Of a DNA stretch of 64,000 nucleotides, positions 26,185 to 41,222 are shown in pieces. Position 1 is the first letter of the stretch; each line of letters begins with the position of its first letter. Source of the stretch: Eledone cirrhosa (taxonomy: Eukaryota); NCBI GenBank assembly GCA_964016885.1, contig OZ024740.1, positions 377,146,001-377,210,000 on the forward strand, written 5' to 3'. Below the pieces are notes generated by a model. That model had not been told where the DNA came from. It was given only the letters and a program-made list of their open reading frames with translations, and made no database searches. The translations under genes and the position numbers were made by a program.

Positions 26185-26835
26185 CCAGTAGCCAGGGCGT
26201 TGAAAAAAATACACCAAGGTATTCTTCAAATCATGCTTAGATGGCTTTTCTTTCAATCTTTCCGTGGTCGATAAAATAAAGCACCAGTCATGTATTGGAC
26301 GATATAATTAACATAAACCGCTTCTACCACAAATTTCTGGCCTTGTGCCAAAATTATAAATTATTATTATTACTAGTATCCTGTGTGTTCGATTGGTAAA
26401 ATCGTTACGGCGTTGGACAAAGTACCTCACGGTGTTTGTTCAAATCAAGCCGAGCTTAACTTTGCGTTTCATCCTTTTGGGGTTGATGAAATAAAGTGCC
26501 AGTAAAGTCCCTCTTCACATATTTGAGTCTAAATTAGAAATAAACATCTTTTGAGGAGGGTGAGTTGGTAGAATTGCTTGAATATAGGACCCTTGTGGTA
26601 TTTGTTAAAAATCAGAAATTGCTGTTACTACCAGTAGCCTGGGCAGAGAATTAACAAAATCGTTACAGCGTTGGACAAAATACACCGAGATATTTTTCAA
26701 ATCACACTGAGATCAACTCTGCCTTACATCCTTCCGGGAGATAAAATAAAGTACCACTCAAGTACTGTCATCAATATAATTAATTTTCCCTCAAATCAAA
26801 GTTGCTGGTCTTATGTCTAAATTAGGAACCATTAT
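26185..26835 (+). mobile_element. Cluster of three degenerate tRNA-derived SINE copies
   Basis: Repeated TTCAAATC..TTTCATCCTT..GATAAAATAAAG(T/C)ACCA blocks near 26225-26290, 26440-26500 and 26697-26760. Confidence 0.65.
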
Positions 26836-29800
26836 TACCCCTCGCTAAGTTACCACATATATTTTAGTTTGGATTGTCCCATATTCTTGACAATAGTATG
26901 TATTTATTCATTGCTAGCTTTATTGCATTGCAGTTAGGTCTTACAGGTTTTTTTTATAATGTCTGGATAATAAATAATAGGAACAAGAGTTACTAAATAT
27001 CTGAAGCACCCGATTTGAAAAATTTAGAAAATAACTTTTAAATTATTTTAAGAGATTGATTCATTATCCGGTTTAGCTTATATTCTGTTTTAAATAATGA
27101 TGTTTTGAGAAAATATAACCCAATTGGAATGAAAAGTCTGAATTTAGGACGGGGATAAAAGTGAGCAGAAGTGTGAACATTCTATCTAGATCTACAATCT
27201 ACCGAGCATCAGTAAGCATCACCATTGTAATTTATATTCATAGTCGGGTGGACGGGGGTAACACAAGGCAAAATCCATAATTCAGTAAGAACGTTTGATA
27301 ATATATACGAACGAATAAATCGGCAATATTTGTATTGATAAAAGAACCTGACATATTTAATTAATGATTGGATCCTTTTATCTATACTAAAAATGGATAG
27401 AAAATGAGCGGTGCACCAGACCCTTAAAAGCGTAAATAAAGATTTGGCGTGGAAATTGAAACCTGAAATTGAAACCTGAATTCGTTTACTTTTCGAAAGA
27501 TATTTGGTTTATTTTATTCTAATTATTGCGACTAATTTATTTTGAATCTGCGCAGTTAACACAAAATCAGAAAAAAGAAGTTTGTCTGTCCCCCAAATAC
27601 ATGTTCAATAAATACACAGTTAGAAATATTTAGTGACATTCATCTGATCTACGTAGAAAATGACACTGTATATTATAGTGTTAAAATATTTTATTTGTTT
27701 ACAAATTTTGTGAATATCTTGGAATCATAGAGTTTTTATATGAAATACAAAATGTAATTAAAATTAACTACAACACTAAATGAAATATGTCCCTCGTTTG
27801 ATAATGATTTCAATTGCTTTAAATTGTATACCCATTTATTTATGTATGAGCGCCTAATTGGTTATGTTGTGTATATGAACTAGTTTTGAATAGTTTTATG
27901 GCTGTTTCATTTATTACATTATTAACGACAGTATGCAGCCAGATAACTGTATATGTTAAAAGGATTCTCTTTCCTGGTGATCATATAAAAATATGGAAAG
28001 ATTTTCTTTGAACATTTGATATTACTTATTCATATATAAACAAACTCTGTGTGTATGAAAGCACTAAATTAATTTAGATGTGTTGCTATAGATATGGAGG
28101 TGCTTTGCTGGTTAAATATTTTTATTTGCTAAATAAAGATATACATTAGCTCAATATCATTATTTATGCCAAAATTCTCATTAGGTTATTCACTGCTCCT
28201 TTAAATATAGACCGTCGTCAAAAGGTATATTCGAGTACGGAAGAGGAATAATCAATTGATACCGGTACTATGTTCATCGATCCAAGGTAAATGATTTTCA
28301 AATTCAATATAGAGAAGGTCTGAGTTCAGAATATAAAAAGTCAAAACTAAAAACCATTAAATAATTAATCTGACGTTCTATTCTTTTGACTGTCAAGCTA
28401 CCCAACAAGAAATCAATATTGATGTTTTCAAGAAACCTTTATATTTTTAACACAACTTCTAATTGGCATTGATAAAAGAAAGCATGTTTATTTTTTAAAT
28501 ATGTATTCAGAGAATGGGAAAAAATCGATACTGTTTTATAATACATATTATCAAAAAATACATAGTCTCTTACGTTGATGTTTCCAATCTAATGAACAAA
28601 TAAAAAATTAATCGAACTATCAAGTAATTTCCTCCTGAAAACAAAGCATTGTTTCAAAAACATTAATTCATTTATGATTATAGTTTCTATTGCTTCAAAA
28701 CATTATTAAGAACTAGAGACAGTTGAAATACTAATTCTTTTCCCCAACTTCAGCACCAATTATTTTTACATCCAACCACATTGTATTACTGATATATTAT
28801 TAACCTCCGAAGGCATGCAAGTTAGATATAATTATCTTTTGTGCCTTTGACACAATATTTTTTATCATACATACTTTGAATCGGTTGCAATATAAAACCG
28901 TGTAGATTTTATGGGGTTCAATAGCGTCTCGATCAATTTGTTTTCCTTTTTATAGCATATCCCCTTCCTATATCTCGAATCTAATAAGGTGTAGCAGTTT
29001 GTTTGGTAATACTCTATTAAATGGTGAACGCCATGTAACAAATGCAATGCATCGAGCTGTAAGTTCCCATGGAATAAAAGACAAGAAACATTTTCCATTC
29101 ATTTTTTAAGCTTGAAAGGGAAATATAAAAGTAAATGGATCTTTTGTTGGTTTCGGCGGTGGGTGTTCCAGTTGTTTATTCAGTGGAATGGTTTATTCGG
29201 TGAGTAAACGTGTACGTGTTTTGGTATTTTACAGACGCATCATGTACCATAATGCCATCATTAGATAGAATCGTGTAATAGTGTGACAAAGCTGGTCCCT
29301 TGGCGGGCTTTCGTATGACCATATCCATCTGACTGGTTTCAATACAATTTCCCTGAATCTAATGTCACTCATAAGGTATTGAACTTCATGACGGAGAAAT
29401 TTTCAATTTACTCTATACTGATTTAAAATCATATAAATAGACATTTGTGCGACGCTTTTCACGTTCACACGTACATGGAGTGAAGTTAAGTAGAATATAG
29501 TATCCTATTCAAAGAAAACAATGAGATGACTTCGGTAGATATATATATATATATATATATAACCTATCAGCCATTAGCTTGCCGAAATCAATTATACCTG
29601 CATCATTGAATATTGAATACTGATTTTGAATATAAGAACTAACAAAGCGATTATCAATATGTTATAAATATATTTGAATTGAAATCATTTGGAATGTCGA
29701 CCTTATTCAACTCGTTCCTCGCGTTTCTTTGTTATACACTATTTATTAATATGATTCAGGAATCTTATAGCTACACTCTTTCTTCTAGTGTCACATTCCT

Positions 29801-31141
29801 ATATTATTATTTTTATATGTAGTAATATGTTATTGAAAGACGATCATAGAACCAATACAATAAACAGCAGCTAGAAGTGTATTTATATGAGTACATAGCC
29901 AAATTGTGAAGAGAAGCGCTTAAAAATCAAAAGTCTCGAATTTGATCCACAGGGCAACACATTGGGAAATGGAAAGTATCTTCTGTCATAGTCACGGAAT
30001 GACCCAACCCAGCTAATTATGTGTGGAATTCCATCAGGTGGATGATATTTGTAATTAATGTGCTTGCTTTTTCATCAACAATGATGAGATCACTAGTTCA
30101 ATGTACACGTATGTAATTCCACTCATCGAGCAAACTGAAAACCTCTTCGCTGAAACCGCTCATGTTTGAATATGAAAAAATATTTGTATATAAATACTTA
30201 TTTTCATATTCAGAAATTCATTACGAACGCCTATCGCAATGATTGGCCCGTTGTAAACACATTTCAACAATGTTATTGTGCCTAAATACACACAATAAAC
30301 GAAAGATAGACACAAGCACAGCAAGTTTATATATGGCTTTGAGAGGCTGCTAATCATTTGAACTGGTTGTGCCAAAGGATATATTTTTATTCCTCGCATT
30401 TCCATTCATACTAACGTATATGTCATATCAGTTCAAGTGCCCCCAATTTCTATGAACATCAAAAATATTAAAGAAAAGTCCCTCACAACTACTGAAGTTG
30501 AACTAACATTTTCAAAAGCCCTCTGAATGAGGGTTTTTTGTTAAATCCCAACGAACAGGCTAATTCAAATGCGGCGTAAGCACATGTTACTACCTAATTT
30601 TCAAATTCGCTAGCCGTTTGTAAACAAAGCCTGCTTTGTGTCTCCCTATATATATATATGTTAATTTATTAACCTGCCATAGAACCACATTGGCATACGG
30701 TTGGACAATATGTGTATCCCCATATGTATTTTTTTACACGTAGGAACAGATACTTTATTATTAATCTCCCCTAAGGTTGAGATAACGTTTGGTCGTTTGA
30801 ACTGCTGCTATTTTTAGTAGCAGGACATTGACCTGTCCGCCCTGCCTTTTGTCTTTACACACGGCACTAGGCAAAATTGTTTCTTTCCTCATTCATTCTC
30901 ATTCGGGAACAGTTTTGTATGGCGCCAGTTTGTGATTTAAACTCGGGAATTTTATATTCTCCGATCGAGAAAAGCCTTCTGACGAAAGTCCCTTTCTCAA
31001 TGGAAATCCGGTTGGATTATCTGTTTATTTTGGGATTTGAAACCGCGTGGTAAAGGCACATATAGTAAGTACAGCGAACTTTTAAAAATTTATTTTAAAA
31101 CTTTTTCTCTATTTGATAAACCTTGATTATATATATATATT

Positions 31142-31457
<316 letters not shown>

Positions 31458-31459
31458 TA

Positions 31460-31515
<56 letters not shown>

Positions 31516-32482
31516 ATTTGGAAAGGGCCAGGGCATCGACTAGAATCGTTCCATCTTCTATTGATATTCGATACACTTCGTTAGTTAATGAGCATACTTT
31601 ACGTTAATTACGTAAAGTAATACAGTAACAGTATTTGGTGGATACGTACTTAACAGTGTATAGTCAGCACTCTATGAAAACACCATTTTTCTTATCTCCC
31701 ATTGTAAACATTTTTACTTTTTCACTTTGAAACCTTTCAATTACAGGAGGTCCTGGAAACGAAATGGCTCTGATTTATAGAGTATTTAATTTTTTGAAAA
31801 ATACATACACTAAATAAATGTTTAAACCTTTTTCCTCGTATGTCACATTTGCAAATTATATAAGCGGTGAGTTTTAAAGAATATAGGTATTCATGCAGAA
31901 TTGCCATTATGCTTTCCCAAGAAAGTTTCCACCGACTGAGACATCACTTTTCAGGGTGTGCTTGTATAGGTGTGTTCTTAAAACACAGAGAGTTGTGTAG
32001 AAAAGCAGAGAAAGATATTAAATGCATAGTGTAGATTTTTCACCAGTCGCTACTCCAAAATTCCCGTTTCAGATATTTTGATCTGCCGATAAAGGTAGCT
32101 ATTGAACTCGGAGTAACGATTAGTGAACATTTATATAATAGTGCCCCAGATTGAACCTGGTATAAACATATATATGTATATAAGTGTGTGAGTGCGTGTG
32201 TGTGTGTGTGTGGGGGGGGGGGGGGGTTATATACTTTCCGCGAGTACATAGACTTTAGCTTGACCTTTTGTTAAAAATAACTTCACTCAGAGACGAGGGA
32301 GCAAGGTGGCAGCATGCTGCTTCGTCCGTCTCTGAGTCAAAAGCATAAACACAAACTTGTTCCTCTCTGTTTCTTTCTTTATTTGTTTCCTTAAAGTTTA
32401 CCATCATTCCGTTGGTATACATCTATTACGCAATTTACACCTGAAATTCAACATATTTAGCCTCCTGTCACTTTATAATACA

Positions 32483-33200
32483 CTAGCAGTAAAGCCCGGC
32501 GTTGCTCGGGGCTGCTCAGTAGCTGTGTCAAAGTTACAATGTTAAGTTCCTTCCTCGGTTTAAAAACTGTAGAGTCTACAGTGTAGACTTTCATGTGGTA
32601 CTTTTGATTAATATTCCCTCAACCAACCTTATGAAGTTAAGAAAACATAACCATAACACGAATGTTAAAACAAAAGAGGATGCTGGGGATAAAAACTGCA
32701 CTGGTAATCTATTAACAAAAATCGAAAATTGCAACACTTGTCTCAGAGAAAAACATCAGCGTAACCAAACAACCTGTTATTTTGAAACAAAGAAATTGGA
32801 TGGACATGAAAACAAAAAAAAAAAATGCGTTATCTGTCTGTCGCTTAAAATCATTGCTTCTAAATGAAAATCTCATGTATGTATTTTTGTACTTTTGCAC
32901 GCGTCGTTTATACGTAACATAAATAGATAAGCAAATGACGCGATAAAAGGGAAATAACTCGTCTCTCATCTCTATTTATACATTTGAACTGAAAAATCAA
33001 TACATTACAAATTCGATTTTTGCACTTGGCGTGGGTCGATTTGAACCTTTTTTTGACCCATGTCTCCATCGGACCTTCATCTATAAGTGTATCAATTTCA
33101 CCGAAATTTGAACGTACGGTTTAGGAGAAGATGTGTGCCGACCGTTCAGTAGACAGACAGACATACAGACAACAGACAACCTCAGTTTTATATATATATA
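32483..33200 (-). mobile_element. Non-autonomous Helitron-like element
   Basis: Minus-strand 3' end CCCGAGCAACGCCGGG hairpin followed by CTTTACTGCTAG-T; 5' end TATATATAAAA plus (TGTC)n microsatellite typical of Helitron/Helentron derivatives. Confidence 0.7.
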
Positions 33201-33343
33201 TTTACTCTGTTCTCGCACTCCCAACATGATTAAACATCGAAGATGGATGAGTTGAATAATGTCAAGTGCTATTCTCATATTAAGTCACGGTTAACATTGC
33301 AGAGTGACTAATTCTACCCAGTGGTAAACCACCAAATTTAAAC

Positions 33344-33391
<48 letters not shown>

Positions 33392-33546
33392 TTATACTTG
33401 GGGAGGCTCATATTGTTGTAATAATATTGCCAGAAATAATAACAGAACACACTCACTGTTTGGTTGGGGTTTTTTTTCAGCCTCACTTTCATATTTCCTA
33501 AATTTTGTTTTCAAATCCATATTTAATAAAAACACCATGTTATTTA

Positions 33547-33607
33547 TTCATTCTGACGACCGAAGAGAGACACAAGATCTGCCTTTAAGAAACCACTGGT
33601 AAATGAA
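33547..33607 (+). ncRNA. Type I hammerhead ribozyme (stem II decayed)
   Basis: TTCATT-CTGACGA-...-GAAA-CCACTGG-TA-AATGAA; followed by a tail and (TA)n at 33640. Confidence 0.65.
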
Positions 33608-34546
33608 ATAATTATCTTATGTTGTTTATTACATAACTATATATATATATATCAATCGACTTATTATTGATTGCAATCATGCGTGCACCCATCCCTCCAT
33701 TTTAATGATGCAATACCTGCCCATAATCGTCTCTCATGATGATAAACATGTATACCATAATGGCAAAACCAAGACTCCGCCAGCTAGACACCGATAGCGC
33801 TTCAACCAAGAACACAGTAGGATCAACGATAATACACTTTTTTAACTACGGAATCAGTAGTTTATTTAATTGTTGCAGATTCAGGTGGTACTCCAATCAT
33901 CGCAACGAAATATCTACCGTCAGATTGTGGCTCGAAAATGACCATGTGATAACTTGCGTCAGGCGGGGATGGATGTAAAATAAAAAGAAATATGAGTGCA
34001 GGAATTGCTTATGCATCAAGTTTTATAGGGACAAACATTTGTTTGATAAGATCTACCCTCTAAATGGTTATAGATTAAAAAACATTGCATGTTTCAAGTA
34101 ACCGCATCCTCCTCTCCCCCCCCCCCCATGTATTTACAGAAACATATATATATGCGTGTGTGGGGGGGGGTACGCGAGCATATATATATCTATATATATA
34201 TATATAAATTGCTTGGTAAATATGTACAAGCATTATTTGAATTCTTTCGCCCTTCCAAGAATCAAATCCTCACCAATGCCGATGACCCGACCGTGAAGCA
34301 GATGTACTGAGTTACATATTACCAGTAGCGAACACAATCAACTTAACAGACATAGGCGGGCACATGAACGTTTCATAAAGTTGATGTTTTTTTACATTTC
34401 TCAACAATTTTTTTCTCCTTCGTTCATTCTTTGCATAGATAGTAACAATTCTGGTAACTGTTGAAATGTTGAAACATGAACTCTAAATATGAGTTACAAA
34501 TATAGAAATACATATAATTTATCCCAGTTTAATCAACATCCACGTA

Positions 34547-35791
34547 TGAGGGTGGGCTGTAAAGTTCATAGGCTTACTATGAATACGTGATACTAGAGCT
34601 GTGAAATCTTGCATGCATTAATTTCCACTCTTCTTATTAATAATTGATTTGTTTTCTTCCAAGTAAACTGACATCTGACTGTTCAAAGAAGACTTCAAAT
34701 GTAACTAGTACCGACTGATCTTGGAAATGGACAAAATTTGGCACCGAGGTGCTATGAAGTACCTGCAGAAAAAGGGTTTAGCCTCCAATGACATCCATGT
34801 CGCTACATGAGGGGATGATGCTCAAGCTTTATCAACAGTGAAAATTCCGGTACTGAAATTAGGAGAGTCTTGAAGATAACCTAAGATCTGGACGTCCTGC
34901 AACAGCCACCGCCGAGGAAAATATGGATCGCATTCACTACATGTTATAGGATGCCAGGCGATTGACTATGCATCAAATAGCCAATGTTATTAGCATATCA
35001 CGGGAGTTAATTGAAAATATTCTGCACAATGAACTTGGCATGACGAAGGTTTCTGCTCGGTGGGTACCAAGTCTTCAAACACCTGATCAAAAGCGCACCA
35101 GTTTAGGCACATCACGGGAAAATCTGAGATTGAGTCAGATCAAGCTGATTTCCTTGAATGTTTCCTAACAGAGGAAGAGTGTTGGGTTCATCCCTTTGAG
35201 CCTGAGACAAAGAGACAATCCATGCAGTGGAAACACTCCTCTTCATCTGCTCCAAAGAACCCAAGATTGTTTCATCAGCATGGGAGGTGATGGCTTCAAT
35301 TTTGGAGGATGTAAAAAGCATTGTGTTTATGAACTATCTTCAGATGAGCCACACCATCAATGGAGAGTACAATGGCAACTTTCTATTGCAGTTACTACGA
35401 AAGGTTATCAAGACCAGGAAAGTGGACGAAAGCTTCTTATTTCATAAGGACAATTATCCAGCACACAAGCCCTTGTCTCGATGGCTGCTGTGCGTGATTG
35501 GTTGATCACCCCCACCCCTATTCTCCTGATTTGGCCCCATCTAACTATCATCTGTTCCCCAACATGAAAAAACACTTGGCTGGGAACCAGTATTGCAGTG
35601 ATGATGATGTCATGTCTGCTGTTGATCTTTTTTACAAACAGGATGAAAGCTTCTTCACCAATGGGATTCCAGCGCTGCATCACCGATGAAAGAAGTGTGT
35701 GGCCCGCAAGGCGGACTATGTTGAAAACCGCATTTGATCACATTCCATGAGAGTATCTTGGTCATCCTATGAACTTTTCAGCCGATTCTCG
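34547..35791 (+). mobile_element. Mariner (Tc1/mariner) DNA transposon, decayed full-length copy
   Basis: Imperfect TIRs TGAGGGTGGGCTGTAAAGTTCATAGG / CCTATGAACTTTTCAGCCGATTCTCG, with TA at the left end; about 1.25 kb. Confidence 0.9.
34727..35727 (+). pseudogene. Mariner transposase pseudogene
   Basis: MDKIWHRG.., KVSARWVP, CWVHPFEPETKRQSMQW, FHKDNYPAH, HPYSPDLAPSNYHLFPNMKK across several frames. Confidence 0.9.
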
Positions 35792-37621
35792 GATATATCA
35801 TAGCAAATTGTAGTTGCTTTTGTCTTGTTTTTTAAATCACGACTCTAATTCTTTCAGTTCACTATCAACTTAAATTTGACTGGTTTCTTTTTATATTTTT
35901 ATAAGCTATAATAAAAAAGATTATAAAATATAAGGTTGAGTGAAAGTAGAAATTTGTTTCAGGATTGTTTTGTATTTTTTTACAAGGTACGTAATTTATT
36001 CTATTTACAAAATCCTACAATGTCATAATAGGCCATTGACATTATATAAAAATAATTGAACAGTATCAAATTAACACACTACTAAAGGGAACAGAAAAGG
36101 AAGAGAAAAGAAAATGAAAAAGAGAAAAAGAAAGAGGATCAAGAGGAGAAAAAAAGGGAGGGGGCAGTCTCTATACCCCAAACCAACGACAAAAGGATTA
36201 CAAAGATGAATGGCCAGAGACACCACCATACCTCATGGGGCTCACATGGAAATCAGTGCGAAGGATTCCAGAGGTCTCGACTGAAAACCATGGAAAGAAT
36301 AAACGGTCAGTCAGGCCCCGGTATTTGACTGTCTTCCTCTTACCGCATTGCGGACAGTGGATCCCAGGTTCGTGACCAAAGCCATAAGGCTGGAGGCGGA
36401 AAACGTGTCGCTGCATGTCGCGTCCCAAATTAAGGATTTTCCCCCTCGAAAGGATCATTTTCAAGAAAAGGTACATATTTCGTATTTGTTGTTGGTTGAA
36501 CATTCTAGTTCATTTTCAAACATCGGATTTTACTTTTCTCTATCAAAGATGTGTTGTGAATATATTCATCAGTACATACTTTAAAACGTGTTAAATATGT
36601 CCCACACAAACGTACATTGTCAGTCGAACCCAAACGCTTTGTGATTACAACTTTGTAGTTTGCTTTATAGAAAACATTACATTCGTTTTCTTTATGAGAC
36701 GTTGTCAGTAATCCTCCTACCGTCTGACTAGAAGTTTATTGTATACATATACATCTAGATTATTATATTCTGATTCTGAGAGAACCTAATCAGAATTTGA
36801 TCTCTAATGATGATCTTAAAAGTCTTCGGCTATCTAACTGTTCGTGCTTCAGCACTTGATTTACGGATAAATAGATAAGCACGTAAATAGATAGATAGTA
36901 TATAGATATATGAATAGATAGATAGAGATGGATAGATAAGAAGATATAGACATAGAAAGCGAGAGAGATAAAGTACTTGGCCCAAATAACTATCAAAATG
37001 GATAGTCCAGCTTATAACATATATAACACAGAGTGAAGTCAGCGTAAAATTAGGGTGATACATAACATGTATAGGATAAGTAAAGAAAACAGAAAACGGA
37101 CAACTAATAACTAAAGAAATAAAATAGCACGTAGTACAGCTGAGAAGGTAAAAGTATATTAATATGGAAGATGAAATAAATTCTGCTATTCAGCCGTTTA
37201 ACCCGAGCTAAACATGATCGAGCTGGCATATGATTAAAATATTTTAGCAGTAAACATCGTGTTTTTAATGTGATTGTTTTGTTTTTGCATTTTCAAATAT
37301 AGTCTATTTAGGATTATATCAACCAGTGTGCCCATCCTTTTTTAAAGCTGCAAGGCGCCGTTTGAGTGAGATTTAGCTGTTATTTTGAGCATTCCATGTG
37401 ACGAAAGAGAAGGTGCATCGTTATCTTGCGGTCATGTAGAAAATTACGAATAAGTATGATTGTCAGAAATATTATTTTTTCAACCTGCAAGAACAAATTC
37501 ACGAGTTATTTGAGTTTATTTGCATATCTAGAATAAAAATCATTTTTTTACATTCATTACTGTCAATTATTCAGACAATATCCTTCATCTAGCTCTCTAT
37601 ATATAAAACCATTTGTACTCG

Positions 37622-37623
<2 letters not shown>

Positions 37624-37670
<47 letters not shown>
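37624..37670. repeat. (CT)n microsatellite
   Basis: Direct read. Confidence 0.9.
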
Positions 37671-38490
37671 AAGATCTGGAGAGATCTAATGCCCGTTGCT
37701 TTCATCAGGCTTATAGTCAAATTCACTCATACTACATTGTCTTAAATTAATCAAAAATCCTTGGACCAACCCAAGTTATATTATTTGCTTCACATTATCT
37801 GAATACCTCTACAGAAAAATTCGATCTTGAAATTGCGATCTTGATTGTGATTTCCCCCTCCCTCATTCGTCATACTCGAACTGCGAGTTTCTGTTTGTTT
37901 GTGTACATTTTTGGGGGGCAATCTGTATATAGTATATATTTAAAACATAGTGAAATATTTGAAAAATCTCCTCAAGAGAGGCAAGAGTTTAACGGGCAAA
38001 AAGAAATATATAAATAAAAGTAATGCAAGAGATATATAAAAAAATAAGGAAATATAGTTATGGTATGTGTATATGTATGTATATACACTCACAAATGTAC
38101 ATATGTGTGTATGTACAAATGCATGTGTATGGTGAAAATGTCTGGGCAAGTATATTTGTGTATGTGTGACCACAAATACGTATATAATATGAGTTGAAAA
38201 AGAAATTGTAAGAGAATATAGTTAACACACATCCAGATACAGGTATTAAATATATACACATACGATTGTGAAAGCACGCGTATAAACACACACACACGCA
38301 CGATTCCTTATATGCGGAAGATAAAGAGGGAAGGGAGTGTAATAGTAAAAAGAAGTGTCATTCTCGATAAATGTATAAAAATGAAACAATGTATGAGAAT
38401 GAAAAAAACATTTTTTAATCAAAGAGAAAGTAAGAGGGAGGGGTTATCAATTAACACTAGAAAATAGAAAACAAACATAGGTACGCACGT

Positions 38491-38576
<86 letters not shown>

Positions 38577-39085
38577 CGTAGTTTAGAAAGCCACAACAAT
38601 GCAGAGGGAAATCTCGAGGTAGGAAGTGAATGATAGATAGGAGAAACAGGAGAAAGTGAAAATTGAGAGAGACAAAGATGAAAACAAAACAAAGGTAGAA
38701 GGGTTACCGTAGTGGAGATTTAATCCCAATATTTCGGGCTCACGCCCATCAACGGGGGAAAGTTCCAAAAGGGGGGGAACAGGCTAAGCGGAGAAAGTTG
38801 TGATGTCGTTAAGACAGGAATGCCGTTATGGGGAGAAAATTATTTAAAATTTAAACGAGGGAAAGAATGCGCGTGCGCGTGATAGGCTGTGGCAAAAGCT
38901 ACTGACCAAATGGGTTAAATCAAGAGGGTGCGCTAGCGTGTGAAAGCCGTAAAATATGTGTGTGTAAATATATATGTGTGTGTAACTGTGTGTGTATATG
39001 TGTAAGTGTGTATATGTGTGAGTGTGTGTGTGTGTGAAAGATAGTGGGCTGTAGAAGCTGGAAATCAAAGGGTGTGAAAGGTGCG

Positions 39086-39808
39086 TGCAAGGACTTATTT
39101 GTGCATTACAACTCAGCCCTCCCCAACAACGCTAAGAGAGGCTATGTCCTAAATGAACTGACACGGATCACTAACAGATGCAACGACCCGATGGGTGGTC
39201 TCACCCATACCACGCAATTCCGTAATCTACTCAGATCTAATGGTTATCCCAAGCGACTGATTAACGGAATTAGAGACCCCAGACCCAATAGACAGACACC
39301 CACTAGAAACTTAAATAAAAGCAGGTGCTTTTTTAAAATCCCCCACCTGAGTGAATATACCACGAACGCCATCCGCAGGGCCATACGGACGGAGGGACTT
39401 GACATACATTTGGCCCACACAGGACCTTCGCTGCGAAGATGCCTCTCCAACAAACCCGACGAGTCAGATGGGACGTGTTCCCTCAGCAACTGCCCGATAC
39501 GGGGGGCAGATTGCCTACGCACCTATGTCGTATATAAGATTCAATGCGATAAATGTAACAAGTTTTACATAGGTAGCACCATCCGACCCCTACATGTTCG
39601 TATCAAGGAACATATCAACACCAACGCATCTTCCTTCTGTAAACACATCCTTAAATGCGGAAACCCACAGGGTAGACCCTTGGTCACAGTCCTAGCGACT
39701 GAACGCAGCATCGGATCCTTAAGGATAAAGGAAGCACTTGTTATTAAGAACCTCAGACCCCCACTTAACAACCGGGCTGAGAGAAATGATCTGACATGGC
39801 TAACTTAA
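39086..39808 (+). CDS. PLE thumb plus GIY-YIG endonuclease (5'-truncated, uninterrupted)
   Basis: HYNSALP..RSNGYP..KIPH..CSLSNCP..VVYKIQCDKCNKFYIGSTIRPLHVRIKEH..KH..LRIKEALVI..LN; CCHH-type; homologous to 16387-16980. Confidence 0.9.
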   Translation, partial: CKDLFVHYNSALPNNAKRGYVLNELTRITNRCNDPMGGLTHTTQFRNLLRSNGYPKRLINGIRDPRPNRQTPTRNLNKSRCFFKIPHLSEYTTNAIRRAIRTEGLDIHLAHTGPSLRRCLSNKPDESDGTCSLSNCPIRGADCLRTYVVYKIQCDKCNKFYIGSTIRPLHVRIKEHINTNASSFCKHILKCGNPQGRPLVTVLATERSIGSLRIKEALVIKNLRPPLNNRAERNDLTWLT

Positions 39809-40254
39809 CCATAGTGACCATTCACAGCCCTTACGGCCTGCTATTTTCACACACACGCACGTATATGCATACCCATACGCATACACACACACATCTATAT
39901 TTATACACGCACACATGTTTTCCAACCTACCACCTTTCACACCCTTTGATTTCCAGCTTCTACAGCCCACTATCTTTCACACACACACACACTCACACAT
40001 ATACACACTTACACATATACACACACAGTTACACACACATATATATTTACACACACATATTTTACGGCTTTCACACGCTAGCGCACCCTCTTGATTTAAC
40101 CCATTTGGTCAGTAGCTTTTGCCACAGCCTATCACGCGCACGCGCATTCTTTCCCTCATTTAAATTTTAAAAAATGTTCTCCCCATAACGGCATTCCTGT
40201 CTTAACGACATCACAACTTTCTCCGCTTAGCCTGTTCCCCCCCTTTTGGAACTT

Positions 40255-40290
40255 TCCCCCGTTGATGGGCGTGAGCCCGAAATATTGGGA
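40255..40290 (+). ncRNA. Minimal hammerhead-like ribozyme with variant core CCGUUGA (mirror copy 38724-38759, minus)
   Basis: TCCC-CCGTTGA-T-GGGC-GTGA-GCCC-GAAA-TA-TT-GGGA; GNRA-capped stem II; occupies the same position as the family D HHR. Confidence 0.7.
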
Positions 40291-40481
40291 TTAAATCTCC
40301 ACTACGGTAACCCTTCTACCTTTGTTTTGTTTTCATCTTTGTCTCTCTCAATTTTCACTTTCTCCTGTTTCTCCTATCTATCATTCACTTCCTACCTCGA
40401 GATTTCCCTCTGCATTGTTGTGGCTTTCTAAACTACGTATTTTACGCATTTCACAATGCTTCAAGCAAACTTTAACACCCT

Positions 40482-40559
<78 letters not shown>

Positions 40560-40675
40560 TATATACATATAAATACGTACAGACAAAAGCGCATGCATGC
40601 GTACATACATACACACGAGGCACGTATATATATATATATATCGCCACATGTATATCTAATCACACGTACGTACGC

Positions 40676-40714
<39 letters not shown>

Positions 40715-41222
40715 CACACCCATACATTCATATACATATATATACATACATATACATTCACCCACATACACACACACGTATAAAAAAGTATGTAAAAAAC
40801 ATAGATATAAAAACACACATACACACACATATATATACACGTACGCACGCACACATACGGAGGCTTTCGTATACATATACAGAACGTATACACACATATG
40901 CACACTCACACGCATAGATACAGATTATAAACCAGCCGTATGAATAAATGAGTACAAATATAAAATCGGCTGCGAAACAACAGAATATATCTGGGGTGGA
41001 AAACGCAAGTGACATTGGGTATCAGGTAGTGAAAGAAAATGGGGAAGTAAAATGGGGAATGTGAAGATATTAGGTAAGTGAATCAAAAAGTAGGGAGAGG
41101 GGGTTCACTGGTGGATGTAAAGTAAAAATAAAAATAAAATAAAAAATAAAGTTAAAAATGAAAGTAAATCAGAAAGAGAAGTCTGTAAAGAGGATAATTT
41201 AAGGAAAGTGAAGAACAAGAGT

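Larger units (their letters stand above)
38570..40485 (+). mobile_element. 5'-truncated PLE (family C) with 514-bp inverted 3'UTR/pseudo-LTR at its 5' end
   Basis: 38570-39083 is the reverse complement of 39931-40444; (TA)n on both sides. Confidence 0.9.

Noticed and set aside
32285-32337. Hairpin ACTCAGAGACG...CGTCTCTGAGT as pre-miRNA
   Set aside because: Only an 11-bp perfect stem with an irregular interior; no recognisable mature miRNA
36198-36503. ORF with CPQC motif as possible LINE zinc-knuckle fragment
   Set aside because: Only a single CxxC with no supporting motifs; cannot be assigned
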